Shown piece after piece: positions 41,589 through 51,600 of a stretch of DNA of 64,000 nt. This stretch comes from Planctomycetota bacterium (GTDB lineage: Bacteria > Planctomycetota > UBA1135 > UBA2386), in the NCBI GenBank assembly GCA_965223545.1, contig OZ245006.1, forward strand, positions 6,048,001 to 6,112,000, in the 5' to 3' direction. Position numbers and translations under genes: made by a program. Every line of letters begins with the position of its first letter. Position 1 is the stretch's first letter. The notes below the pieces were generated by a model. That model saw nothing but the letters and a program-made list of their open reading frames with translations, searched no databases and was not told the DNA's origin.

Positions 41589-42505
41589 CACGAGTGCTCC
41601 GTCGGCGTGGGAAAGGGCGTGCGGTCCGGCGCGGTGGTCAGGTCGCAGAACAGCTCCTCTAGAGTCGGCGTCGTCCATTCGTCGTCGAGCCGAGCACCGC
41701 CGGCGTTGAGGCGGGCGATCCGCGTCTCGTCCAGGTCTAGCAGCGTCAGCTCGTAGCGGTGCCGCGCGCGGCGGGCGCACAGCACGCCGTTCGCCGGCGG
41801 TGCCTCGCCGTTGCGCGGCGTCCACAGCCGCCGTTGCACGCGCGCCTTCAGTTCGTCCATGGTGGCGTCCACGATCAGCCGCCCGCCGTGCAGGATGCCG
41901 ATGCGGTCCGCGACCCGTTCGACGTCGTGCAGGAAGTGCGAGGAGTACAGGACCGTGCTGCCGCTCTGCGCCAGCAGGTCGATCATCACGTCGAGCACCT
42001 CGCGCCGGGCCACCGCGTCGAGGCCGAGGGCCGGGTCGTCGCAGATCAGCACGCGCGGCCGGCCGGCGAGCGCGACCAGAAGTGCGAGCTGAGCGCGCTG
42101 GCCTCGCGACAGCAGCGCCGTGGGCCGTCGGTCGGGCAGCTCGCAGCGGCGCAGCGCCCGGGCCGCGTAGTCGGCGTCGAAACCGGGTCGGGTCTCGCGC
42201 TCGAACGCCAGCACGTCGCGCACGCGCATCGATGGGTAGAGCCGGTGGTTCTCGCCGACGAAGCCGATGGCGGCGCGGTCGGTGGGGCCGAGCGCGGTAC
42301 TGTCCTTGCCGAGCACCGCGGTCTCGCCCGCGTGGGGGCGCAGGAAGCCCAGCAGGATGCGCAGCGCGGTCGACTTGCCGGAGCCGTTGCGGCCGAGCAG
42401 CGCGTAGATCTGGCCCGGCTCGACCGCGAACGAGAGATCCCGCAGGACCGCGTGCGTGCCGAAGTGGCGGTGCACCGCCGAGAATTTGATCGCCGGATCG
42501 GTCAT
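41588..42505 (-). CDS. ABC transporter ATP-binding protein (YtrB-like)
   Basis: GRNGSGKST, LSRGQ, LICDDP and SSH. Confidence 0.93.
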   Translation of the reverse strand: MTDPAIKFSAVHRHFGTHAVLRDLSFAVEPGQIYALLGRNGSGKSTALRILLGFLRPHAGETAVLGKDSTALGPTDRAAIGFVGENHRLYPSMRVRDVLAFERETRPGFDADYAARALRRCELPDRRPTALLSRGQRAQLALLVALAGRPRVLICDDPALGLDAVARREVLDVMIDLLAQSGSTVLYSSHFLHDVERVADRIGILHGGRLIVDATMDELKARVQRRLWTPRNGEAPPANGVLCARRARHRYELTLLDLDETRIARLNAGGARLDDEWTTPTLEELFCDLTTAPDRTPFPTPTEHS

Positions 42506-42897
42506 GGTGTCGCTCTCTCCTGTCGCTCGTCCAGCTGGTCGAAGGCCGCGTCGACGGCGCGCTGCACGCGGGCGCGACTGAAGCCGAGGTGCTTGGCCTC
42601 GACCACGGCGCGCCGCACCATCGCGTCGAGCCGGCGCTGCCGCTCGCCGTCCTCGAGGGCGCTGGAATGTCCGGTGACGAAGCAGCCGGCACCCTGGCGG
42701 CGCACGATGACGCCGTCGTTCTCCAGCTGGTCGTACGAGCGGATGATGGTGTTGGGGTTGACGGCGAGCTGCCGGGCCAGATCGCGCACCGAGGGCAGCC
42801 TGTCACCGGCGCGCAACTCGCCGCGCACCACGTCGCGTTTAATCTGGAACGCGACCTGCAGGAAGATCGGCTCGCTGGATCCCGGGTCGATGTGCAC
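42502..42897 (-). CDS. GntR-family regulator, YtrA subfamily
   Basis: PIFLQV, GDRLPSVRDLA, VNPNTIIRSY and RQGAGCFV; short C-terminal domain; precedes an ABC transporter. Confidence 0.93.
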   Translation of the reverse strand: MHIDPGSSEPIFLQVAFQIKRDVVRGELRAGDRLPSVRDLARQLAVNPNTIIRSYDQLENDGVIVRRQGAGCFVTGHSSALEDGERQRRLDAMVRRAVVEAKHLGFSRARVQRAVDAAFDQLDERQERATP

Positions 42898-42923
42898 GGC
42901 GCGTCAACTCGATGAGAACTGTC

Positions 42924-42967
42924 CCAACTGTTCTAGTGAATGTAGAACAGTTGGCGCAGCCCGTCAA
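42924..42967 (-). promoter_or_regulatory. Sigma70 promoter with overlapping YtrA-type operator
   Basis: TTGACG (42967-42962), 17-bp spacer, TACATT (42944-42939). Perfect palindrome ccaactgttcta-N7-tagaacagttgg at 42924-42954. Confidence 0.85.
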
Positions 42968-43036
42968 GCCGCTGCCGGCCGGGGCCGGGAGCCGCCCGGC
43001 CGGTCGCCCACCGCGGGCCTGATCACGCGGCCCTGG

Positions 43037-44560
43037 TCAGTCGCCGAACTGGATGCCCTGCGCCAGCGGCAGCTCGGTGCCCCAGTTGATGGTGTTGGTC
43101 TGGCGGCGCATGTAGGCCTTCCACGAGTCCGAGCCGGACTCGCGGCCGCCGCCGGTGTCCTTCTCGCCGCCGAACGCGCCGCCGATCTCCGCGCCCGAGG
43201 TGCCGATGTTGACGTTGGCAATGCCGCAGTCGGAGCCCACCGGCGACAGGAAGCGCTCGGCGTGCCGCACGTTGAGGGTGAAGATCGCCGAGCTCAGCCC
43301 CTGCGGGACGTCGTTCTGGATCGCGATCGCCTCCTCGACGTCGTCGATCGGCACCAGGTAGAGGACGGGCGCGAAGGTCTCCTCGCGCAGGATCGGCATC
43401 TCGCGGTGGGCGCGGATGATGGTCGGCTCGACCCAATTGCCGCCCGCCAGAGCTCCGGTCATCTCGCGCTCGGTGCCGCCGCACAGCACTTGGCCGCCCT
43501 GTTCGACGGCCTGACCGATGGCCTGCATCATGCTGCCGATCGCGTTGGGGTCGATCAGCGGTCCCATCAGCGTGCCCGCGTCCAGCGGGTCGCCGATCGC
43601 CACCGTGCCGTAGGCGCGGACCAGGCGGTCCTGCAGGTCGTCGATGACGTCGCGGTGGGCGAGCACGCGCCGCGTGCTGGTGCAGCGCTGGCCGGCGGTG
43701 CCGACCGCGCCGAACAGGATCGCCCGCGTGGCCATCTCGAGATCGGCGTCCTCCATCACGATGAGCGCGTTGTTGCCGCCGAGCTCGAGGATGCAGCGGC
43801 CGAGGCGGGCGCCGACGCGGGCGGCGACTTGCTGGCCCATGCGCACCGAGCCCGTCGCGCTGATCACCGGCAGCCGGCGATCGTCCACCAGCGTGGTGCC
43901 CACCGGATCGGTCGGGCCGCACAGCAGGCTGACCAGCGCGCCGAAGCCATCGGGCTCGAGCACCTTGGCGGCCACCTTGGTCATCGCGATCGCGGTCAGC
44001 GGCGCCTTCGGCGATGGCTTCCAGACGTTGGAGTTGCCGCAGACCAAGGAGATCATCGAGTTCCACGCCCAGACCGCCGCCGGGAAGTTGAAGGCGGTGA
44101 TCACGCCGATCGGGCCGATCGGGTGCCAGGTCTCGCGCATCGCGTGCGATGGCCGCTCGGAGGGCATGGTCAGGCCGTACAGCTGGCGCGACAGGCCGAC
44201 CGCGAAGTCGGCGATGTCGATGCACTCCTGCACCTCGCCGAGCCCCTCCTGCAGGATCTTGCCGCTCTCGACCGACACCAGGTGGCCGAGCGCGTCCTTG
44301 TGCTCGCGCATCGCGAGACCGATCTTGCGCACGTACTCGCCGCGCACCGGCGCCGGCACTTCGCGCCAGCGCTTGAAGGCATCGTGCGCCTTGGCGATCG
44401 TCGCCATGTAGTCGGTCATCGCGGCTTCGCGCACGGTGGCGATGGTCTCGCCGGTGGCGGGCGACAGCGACGCGAGGGGCTCGCCGTCGGCGGCGCGCCA
44501 GGTGCCGTCATAGGCGCCGCTGTTCTCTGCTTTCAATCCGAGTTCGCGTAGGAAGTCCAT
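43037..44560 (-). CDS. Aldehyde dehydrogenase family 7 (alpha-aminoadipic semialdehyde / P6C dehydrogenase-like)
   Basis: GEVQECIDIADFAVGLSRQLYG, AFNFP, LELGGNN, GTAGQRCT and GAEIGGAFGGEK. Confidence 0.93.
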   Translation of the reverse strand: MDFLRELGLKAENSGAYDGTWRAADGEPLASLSPATGETIATVREAAMTDYMATIAKAHDAFKRWREVPAPVRGEYVRKIGLAMREHKDALGHLVSVESGKILQEGLGEVQECIDIADFAVGLSRQLYGLTMPSERPSHAMRETWHPIGPIGVITAFNFPAAVWAWNSMISLVCGNSNVWKPSPKAPLTAIAMTKVAAKVLEPDGFGALVSLLCGPTDPVGTTLVDDRRLPVISATGSVRMGQQVAARVGARLGRCILELGGNNALIVMEDADLEMATRAILFGAVGTAGQRCTSTRRVLAHRDVIDDLQDRLVRAYGTVAIGDPLDAGTLMGPLIDPNAIGSMMQAIGQAVEQGGQVLCGGTEREMTGALAGGNWVEPTIIRAHREMPILREETFAPVLYLVPIDDVEEAIAIQNDVPQGLSSAIFTLNVRHAERFLSPVGSDCGIANVNIGTSGAEIGGAFGGEKDTGGGRESGSDSWKAYMRRQTNTINWGTELPLAQGIQFGD

Positions 44561-44691
44561 CGTCTATGGCAATCGAGGGGGCTGGCGTTCGAAGAGGTCC
44601 GGGGGGCCGGGGCCCAATGGCCCCCCAACGGTAGGGGAGGCGGGGATCGGGAAAAAGCCGACGCTTGCGCGACCAGCTCCAGCGGCGTCCG

Positions 44692-45165
44692 TCAGGCCGC
44701 ACCGTCGCGCGTGCTCTCGCCGCGCCGCCGCGCCGCCTCGTGCTCGTCGCCCGGCACCCGCTGGCCGCGCAGCGCGGCGCGCAGCTCGGCGACCTCGTCC
44801 TGCAGCAGCGTGACCTGGCGGGCCAGGGCCTTGCTGCGAAACGCCAGCCGGGACAGGCGCAGCGACACCAGCAGCGACACCGCCATCAAGAACACCAGTG
44901 CGCCGAAGAACAGCGCCGAGGTCGGCAGCTTGGCGCCGATCGCGCCGGCAAACCAAGACAGCAGCCGCGGCTGCAGCGCGAGTGCCAGCAGGATGACGCC
45001 GGTGCCGATCCACAGCACCGAGTACTCCTCCCGCAGCTTGCGGCGCCGGACGAGCTCGACGACGACGACCAGCATGGTGACCGCGACGCCGATCGCCATC
45101 ACCTGCTGGTGCGTGGTCAGGGTGCTGCCCGACGCCGTCGCCTGCTGGGCGAGGGTGCCGATCAT
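44692..45165 (-). CDS. DUF2304-family membrane protein
   Basis: VRRRKLREEYSVLW, three TM helices and a coiled-coil tail; follows a GT2 gene. Confidence 0.85.
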   Translation of the reverse strand: MIGTLAQQATASGSTLTTHQQVMAIGVAVTMLVVVVELVRRRKLREEYSVLWIGTGVILLALALQPRLLSWFAGAIGAKLPTSALFFGALVFLMAVSLLVSLRLSRLAFRSKALARQVTLLQDEVAELRAALRGQRVPGDEHEAARRRGESTRDGAA

Positions 45166-45905
45166 GCCGGGCTCCTGGCGACGGTCGCGCGGCGCTCCGC
45201 GCGGTACGGCGACCGGCGGCGGACGGGGAGCAGGCACAGCGTGAGCACCATCTTGTAGGCGTAGTACGCGGCGCGCCCGCCGCGGTGCATGCTGACGCCC
45301 CCGCTGCGCTCCCGCATCTGCACCGGCGCCTCGCCCAGCCGCAGGCCGGCGCGGGCGACGATGATCAGCACGTCGGCGTCGGGGTAGTCCTCCGGAAAGC
45401 CGTGGTGGGCGAGCTCGCCGACGGCGGCGGCGTTCATCGCCTGAAAGCCGGACGTCGGGTCGGTGATCGTGGTCCGCGTCCACCACGTCACGATGCGGGC
45501 GAACAGGCTGGCGCCGAGCCGCCGCGCAAGGCTGGTCGGTGGTGGATCGCCGCCGAGGTAGCGCGAGCCGACGACCAAGTCGGCGCCGCTGTCCAGGCCG
45601 CGCAGCAGCACGGCGATGTCGCGGGGGTCGTGCTGACCGTCCGCGTCGAGCTGGACCACGCGCTGGTAGGCGCGCTGCTTGGCGTAGATGTAGCCGGTCA
45701 ACAGCGCCGAGCCGTAGCCGAGGTTGATGCCGTGCCGCAGCACTTTGGCGCCGCGCTGCCGCGCTTCCGCGGCGGTGTCGTCACTGCTGGCGTCGTCGAT
45801 GACGACCACGTCGGCATCGACGGGGGCCCTGGCGATGGCGTCGAGCACGGGACCGATCCGGCCGCGCTCGTTATAGGCGGGAATGATGATGAGGATCGGC
45901 GCCAA
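45162..45905 (-). CDS. Glycosyltransferase family 2 (polyprenol-phosphate sugar synthase-like)
   Basis: IIIPAYNE, IDDASSD, NLGYG, LDADGQH, GSRY and DPTSGF. Confidence 0.92.
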   Translation of the reverse strand: MAPILIIIPAYNERGRIGPVLDAIARAPVDADVVVIDDASSDDTAAEARQRGAKVLRHGINLGYGSALLTGYIYAKQRAYQRVVQLDADGQHDPRDIAVLLRGLDSGADLVVGSRYLGGDPPPTSLARRLGASLFARIVTWWTRTTITDPTSGFQAMNAAAVGELAHHGFPEDYPDADVLIIVARAGLRLGEAPVQMRERSGGVSMHRGGRAAYYAYKMVLTLCLLPVRRRSPYRAERRATVARSPA

Positions 45906-46171
45906 GCGTGGTGGGAAGTTCGGGGGATTGTGGCCGGCGGCTCCGGGGCGCTGGCCATCGGCATTGGAGCAAAGGATCGCGGCGGCGGCGGAGAGCGTCC
46001 AGAAAAAGCTGCCTCCGCTCGGTCGTCCGTAGCGCCCCTCTGCCCTTTTTGCCGGTTGCCGGATAGCGTGGTCGCCCCCCCGCGGTCCCGACGATGCCCG
46101 TTCGGGGGGAGCGGTGGCCGTTTGTGCCAAGCACCGCGCCACTTTCCATCGATCTGCCTATGAGGCCTCGC

Positions 46172-47215
46172 ATGAATGCTGCCCGCCTTTCGTTCCTTTC
46201 GACGTTGACCCTCGCCGCCCTCGGCATGGCGCAAGACCCCTTCGCGCCCGCTGCCGAGATGAAGAAGCTCGAGCCGCTGCTCGGCACCTGGGAGGGCACC
46301 GGCACCGTCGTGCCCGAGCCCGGCATGCCGGAGATGCCGTGGACGTCCAAGCACTCCTATGCCCTGGCACTCAATGGCCACTTCGTCCGCGAGGACGTGG
46401 TGATCGAGTTCGGGCCGATGATGCCCGACCCGCTGCAGATGACCACCTACATCGGCTGGGACCGCGAGAATGGCCGCTACGTCACCTGCTCGGCGACCAA
46501 CATGGGCATGGTCGACGTCAACGAGCTGCACTTGATGGGCAACCAGATGGTGCAGGTCGTCGCCGGCGTGGAGAACGGCGTCCCGACGCTCGACCGCTGG
46601 GTGACGGAGTTGGGCGATGGCGTGCAGACGTTCGAAGCGCTGCGCTGCGTCGGCAGTGGCGAGCCGTTCGTGCACCTCACCGGAGAGGTCAAGCGCACCA
46701 GCGAGCAGCCCAACGACATCGCCTGGGCGGATGCCGCCTTCATGTTGCAGCACGACATCAGCCCGATGCAGCACCTGGAGAAGATGGCGGGCACCTACAA
46801 GGTCGCGGGCAACATGATCCCCGCGCCCGGCGCGCCGCCGATGGACATCTCGGCCACCGAGACCGTGGCGATGTGGTTTGGCGGCACCGTCGCTCACATG
46901 CAGACCGCGGGCGATCCGATCGAGGGGATGCCCGGTACCTACGAGGGGGTCAGCTTCATCGGTTGGAACCCGCACAAGGGCCACTTCACCTCGTTCGGCC
47001 TGTCCAACATGGGAGAGGTGCACGCCGGCAAGGGCTGGTGGAGCGACCAGGGCTACGTCACCAACTTCACCGGCATGATGATGGGGCAACCCGCGGTGAT
47101 GCAGGGCGTGGTGCAGGTCGATGACGCCGGTGCCATCACCGGCGTGGTCATGCACCAGGCCGCGGGTGGTGCCGCGCCGGTGACCGCGTTCCAGGCCGGG
47201 TACACCAAGCAATAG
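46172..47215 (+). CDS. Exported protein with two DUF1579-like domains
   Basis: Signal peptide; two similar units (MKKLEPLLGTWEG / MQHLEKMAGTYKV; IGWD...NMG / IGWN...NMG). Confidence 0.7.
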   Translation: MNAARLSFLSTLTLAALGMAQDPFAPAAEMKKLEPLLGTWEGTGTVVPEPGMPEMPWTSKHSYALALNGHFVREDVVIEFGPMMPDPLQMTTYIGWDRENGRYVTCSATNMGMVDVNELHLMGNQMVQVVAGVENGVPTLDRWVTELGDGVQTFEALRCVGSGEPFVHLTGEVKRTSEQPNDIAWADAAFMLQHDISPMQHLEKMAGTYKVAGNMIPAPGAPPMDISATETVAMWFGGTVAHMQTAGDPIEGMPGTYEGVSFIGWNPHKGHFTSFGLSNMGEVHAGKGWWSDQGYVTNFTGMMMGQPAVMQGVVQVDDAGAITGVVMHQAAGGAAPVTAFQAGYTKQ

Positions 47216-47240
47216 GGCGCACCAAGCAATAGGGCGCACC
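47203..47240 (+). repeat. 17-bp tandem duplication over the stop codon
   Basis: caccaagcaatagggcg twice, followed by cacc. Confidence 0.9.
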
Positions 47241-47258
47241 GAGCAGCTGCCGGGGCGG

Positions 47259-48620
47259 TCAGCCCTGCGGCGGCGGATACGACTGGATCGGCCGCCGCTG
47301 GCAGATCGCCGCGATCCGGCGCTCGGCGTCTTGCTGCACGGCCGGGTCGATGCGGTACTCGCGGTCGGAGTCTTGCGTCGTGCCCGCCAGGATGTCGTGG
47401 ATGATGTCCACGCACTCCACCATGTCCGCCGGCTCCATGTGGCGGATCGCCAAGCCGTTGGTGCCGAGGCGAATGCCCGAGGTCACCGACGGTGGGCGGG
47501 TGTCGTAGGGGATGCGGTTCTTGTTGACGACGATGCCGCAGTCTTCGATCGCCTTCTCCGCGTTCACCCCGGTGATGCCCTTCTGCGCGACGTCGACGAC
47601 GACGATGTGGTTGTCGGTGCCACCGGTGATGACGCGGTAGCCCTTGTCCTGAAACGCCGTGGCCAGGGCGCGGGCCAGATCGACGACGCGCTGGGCCACG
47701 CCGCGAAACTCGGGGCTCTGCACGTAGGCGAGACCGCGCGCCTTGGACGCCACCGCGGACTGGTTGGGCGCGCCCTGGAAGAACGGGAACACCTTCTTGT
47801 CGATCATCTGCCCCAACGTCCACTTGCCGTCCGGCGTCTTCTTGTCGTAGTCGACGCCGCACATGACGAGACCGCCGCGGCCGCCGTACAGCTGTTTGTG
47901 CGTGCAGGTCGTGGTGAAGTGCGCGTGGTCGATCGGGTTGGGGTGCAGGCCGGCGGCGACCAGGCCGGCGATGTGGGTGATGTCGGCGAGCACGAAGGCG
48001 CCGACCTCGTCGGCGATCGCGCGAAACCGCGCCCAGTCGATCTGCCGCGAGTACGCCGTCGTGCCGCAGATGATGAGCTTCGGTTTGTGCTCGCGCGCCA
48101 GCGCCTCCATCCGCTCGTAGTCGATGCGCTCATCGGGGGTGAGGCCGTAGCCGATCGCGCGGAACACCTGTCCCGAGATCGACGCCTTGGAGCCGTGCGT
48201 GAGGTGCCCGCCAGAGTCCAGGTCCATGCCCAGCAGGGTGTCGCCGGGGCTCATGGTGCCGAACATCACCACCTCGTTGGCGGACGTCGCCGACATCACT
48301 TGCACGTTGGCGTAGCGCGCGCCGAATGCGCTCTTGGCGCGCTCGATCGCCAAGGACTCGATCTTGTCGATGTACTTGCAGCCGGCGTGGAAGCGCGCGC
48401 CGGGGTAGCCCTCGGCGGTGACGTTCATCGTCGGCATCGCCTCACAGATCAGGGCCGATGGGTCGGCGATGCTGGACGACGCCACCATGGTGAGCACGTT
48501 GGCTTGCCGGCGGTACTCGTCGTCGAGCAGGCGAAAGAGCTCGGGGTCGGCCTGCCGCAGCTTGTCGACGCCGGTGGCGACGAAGCGCGTCAAATTGTCC
48601 GCGGCGGTGGTGGGGTCCAT
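47259..48620 (-). CDS. Serine hydroxymethyltransferase-like PLP enzyme (non-housekeeping variant)
   Basis: AEGYPG, GGHLTHG, DITHIAGLV, THK (PLP lysine), GGTDNH, NKN and SGIRLGT; co-oriented directly downstream of the NRPS. Confidence 0.92.
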   Translation of the reverse strand: MDPTTAADNLTRFVATGVDKLRQADPELFRLLDDEYRRQANVLTMVASSSIADPSALICEAMPTMNVTAEGYPGARFHAGCKYIDKIESLAIERAKSAFGARYANVQVMSATSANEVVMFGTMSPGDTLLGMDLDSGGHLTHGSKASISGQVFRAIGYGLTPDERIDYERMEALAREHKPKLIICGTTAYSRQIDWARFRAIADEVGAFVLADITHIAGLVAAGLHPNPIDHAHFTTTCTHKQLYGGRGGLVMCGVDYDKKTPDGKWTLGQMIDKKVFPFFQGAPNQSAVASKARGLAYVQSPEFRGVAQRVVDLARALATAFQDKGYRVITGGTDNHIVVVDVAQKGITGVNAEKAIEDCGIVVNKNRIPYDTRPPSVTSGIRLGTNGLAIRHMEPADMVECVDIIHDILAGTTQDSDREYRIDPAVQQDAERRIAAICQRRPIQSYPPPQG

Positions 48621-48650
48621 CGTGGGGTCACTCCTCAGTGGCTTGGATAT

Positions 48651-51600
48651 TCAGGCGTCGTTGCCGATGCGGCTCTGCACCTCGTCGTCGGACAGCGCTT
48701 CGATCGCGGCGAGCATCTCGCAGATCTCACCGGCGTCGACTCCGGCCTCGCGGCCGCGGTGCTCGATGAGCGTCGACAGCGCCGCCACCGTGCGCGATTC
48801 GAAGATGTCCGGCAAGGCGATTTCGAACGGGAAGATCTCGCCCAGCCGCGCTTGGATCTGCACTGCCAGCAGCGAGTGGCCGCCGAGGTCCAAGAACGCG
48901 TCGTGGATGCCGACGCGGTCGAGGCCGAGCACGTCGGTCCACACACCGGCCACGACTTCCTGCACCGGGGTCTCCGGCGCCGCGTACGGCGACTCCATGT
49001 CGGGGCGCGAGGTGTCGGGTTCCGGCAGTGCCTTGCGGTCGACCTTGCCGTTGGGCGACAGCGGCAGCTGCTCCATCGGCACGTAAATCGCGGGCACCAT
49101 GTAATCGGGCAGCTGGCTGCCGAGCGCCCGCCGCAGGGTCGGGCCGAGCTGGCGCGCCAGCTTGCCCATCATCGGGTTGTTGGCGAAGTCGGCGGCGGTG
49201 GCTGCCGGGTCGACGGCGAGGCCGGCGCCGTCGGCGAACAGCACGTCGGCCGGCGCATCGCCGGCGCGGTGGAACGCGACGTCGAAGCCGCCCTGATCCA
49301 GCTCCGCCGCAAAGCGCACGTCGCACCGGTAGCCGAGCTCGTCGGCGAGCTGCCACATGGCCTCGGGGTCCAGCGCGGGCGGGGTGTTCGCGTCGATGGC
49401 GGCGCGCAGCGCGCCGGCGGTCGGTGGGCAGTCGGCGGCGGCCAGTGCTTGCACGATGCGCACATCGCGCTCGACCCGGGCGTTGCGCACGCCGCGCAGG
49501 ATCAGTAGCTCGGGCGCGTCGCCTTCGAGCTCGGCGCGCAGCGCCGCGACGTCGGTGCGCTCGTCCCAACGGCGCTCGACCGGTGTCGCGGCCGAGGTCT
49601 TCGCGACGTCGCCGATGTGCAGAGTCACGTCGTAGCGGAACTTGTTGAGCTCGTTGTGGAAGTCGCCGCGCTTGAGCTGGATCTGCACGAACCCGATCTC
49701 CGGCAGCTGCGTCTGCAGCCACGCGAAGAAGCGTGGGTCGATGACCAGCTCCTCTTCCTGTCGGATCAGCCGCTGGACCCGGGCGCGCAGCGTGTCGCAG
49801 GTGGCGTCGTCCGCCGCCTGGAACAGCTGCACCGAGCTCTGGTACGCGGTCAGCATCGGCAGACCGCGGACGTCGCCGACGAAGATCACGCCGCCCGGGC
49901 GCACTGCCTTGGCCGAGCCGCGCAGCACGTCCATCAGGTAGTCCATGCTCGGGAAGTCGAGCACGATCGAGTTGAGCACCACCGCGTCGAGACTGTCTTC
50001 GGCGATGCCCTCGAAGTTGTCGGCCCAGCGCCGGTCGAGGTGGACCTGCTCGAGCGCGCGCTGCTGCGCGTGGCGGTGGACGTAGTCGAGGGCCACCGTC
50101 GAGAAGTCGGTGCCCATGTAGTGCGAGCAGTGCGGCGCGATGCGGAACAGCAACAGCCCCATGCCGCAGCCGATCTCCAGCACGCGGTCGGGCGCGCGCG
50201 CCCGGATCCGTTCGACCGTCTGCTCGACCCACACCCGCATCTCGGCTTCCGGGATCGGCTGGTTGGTGTAGGACGAGTCCCAGCTGACGATGTTGAACGT
50301 CGGGTCGTCGCCGCCGTCGACGTTGGCGCTGTAGGCGTGGTCGTACACCGCCTGCCACTGCTCGACCTGCTCGTTGCTGAGCTCGTCGGCATCGCCCTCG
50401 GGACCGCGCCAGTCGGGGTCTTGCACGACGTAGGCGACCAGCCGCTTCTCGCCGGCGGCGTCGGTCTTGGTCACGACCACACCTTCGCGCACCGCCTCGT
50501 GGTCGCGCAGCCGCGCCTCGATCTCACCGAGCTCGATGCGGTAACCGCGGATCTTGACCTGGTTGTCCATCCGGCCGAGCAGCTCGAGGTTGCCGTCGGG
50601 CATCCACCGCGCCAGGTCGCCGGTGCGGTACATCCGCGCGCCCTCGGCCTTGGCGAACGGGTCGGTCAGAAAGCGCTCGGCGGTGAGCTCGGGCCGCTGG
50701 AAGTAGCCCTCGCCGACGCCGATCCCGCCGAGGAACAGTTCGCCCGGCACGCCCACCGGCAGCGGCTGCAAGTGGACGGGGTCGAGCACGTAGGCCAGCT
50801 GGTTGGCCATCGGCTCGCCGTAGGGAATGCTGTGCCACGCCGGGTCGACCGCACCGATCTCGTAGATGGTCGAGTCCATCGAGCACTCGGTGGCTCCGCC
50901 CATGCTGATCACCCGGCACTCGGGCAGCAGGGCGCGCAGCCGGTCCGGTAGGGTCACCGGAATCCAGTCGCCGCCGAGCAGCACCAACCGCAGGCTCTGC
51001 GGCACTTGGTCGGTGTGCACCTCGAGGTGGTCGACCAGCATCTTCAGCATCGCCGGTGCGGTGTGCCAGACCGTGACGCCGCGGGCGCTCATCAGCGCGG
51101 CCCAGTGCGGTGGATCCTGCAGCTTGTCGGGGTCCGGCAGCGCGATGGTGGCGCCGGCCGCCAGGATGCCGAACACGTCGTAGGCGCACATGTCGAACGA
51201 CAGCGACGCCAGGGCGATCAGCGCGTCGCCGGGTCCGACGTGGAAGCGGCGGTTGAAGTCGAGGAAGTTGTTGACCCGGCCGCGGTGGTTGAGGACCACG
51301 CCCTTGGGCGCACCGGTCGAGCCCGAGGTGTAGATGACGTACGCCAGATTGGTGCTGCGCACGCCGGCGTCGGGCGGCGTCGCCGGTTGGTCGGCCGCGG
51401 TGGCCGGGTCGTCGACGAACACCAGGCGGGCGTCGGTCGCCGGCATGGTGTCGGCGAGGTGGCGCTGGGTCAGTACCACGCCGACCTTGGAGTCGTCGAC
51501 CATGTAGGTCAGCCGCTCGCGGGGGTAGGCCGGATCCATCGGCAGGTAGGCGCCGCCGGCCTTGGCGATCGCCAGCAGGCCGACGACCATCTCCAACGAC

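Noticed and set aside
44570..44660. Possible riboswitch upstream of the ALDH gene
   Set aside because: Only a G/C-run hairpin, with no recognisable aptamer consensus by eye.
47203..47240. Possible CRISPR array
   Set aside because: Only two adjacent 17-bp copies with no spacers, and no cas genes are visible in the window.
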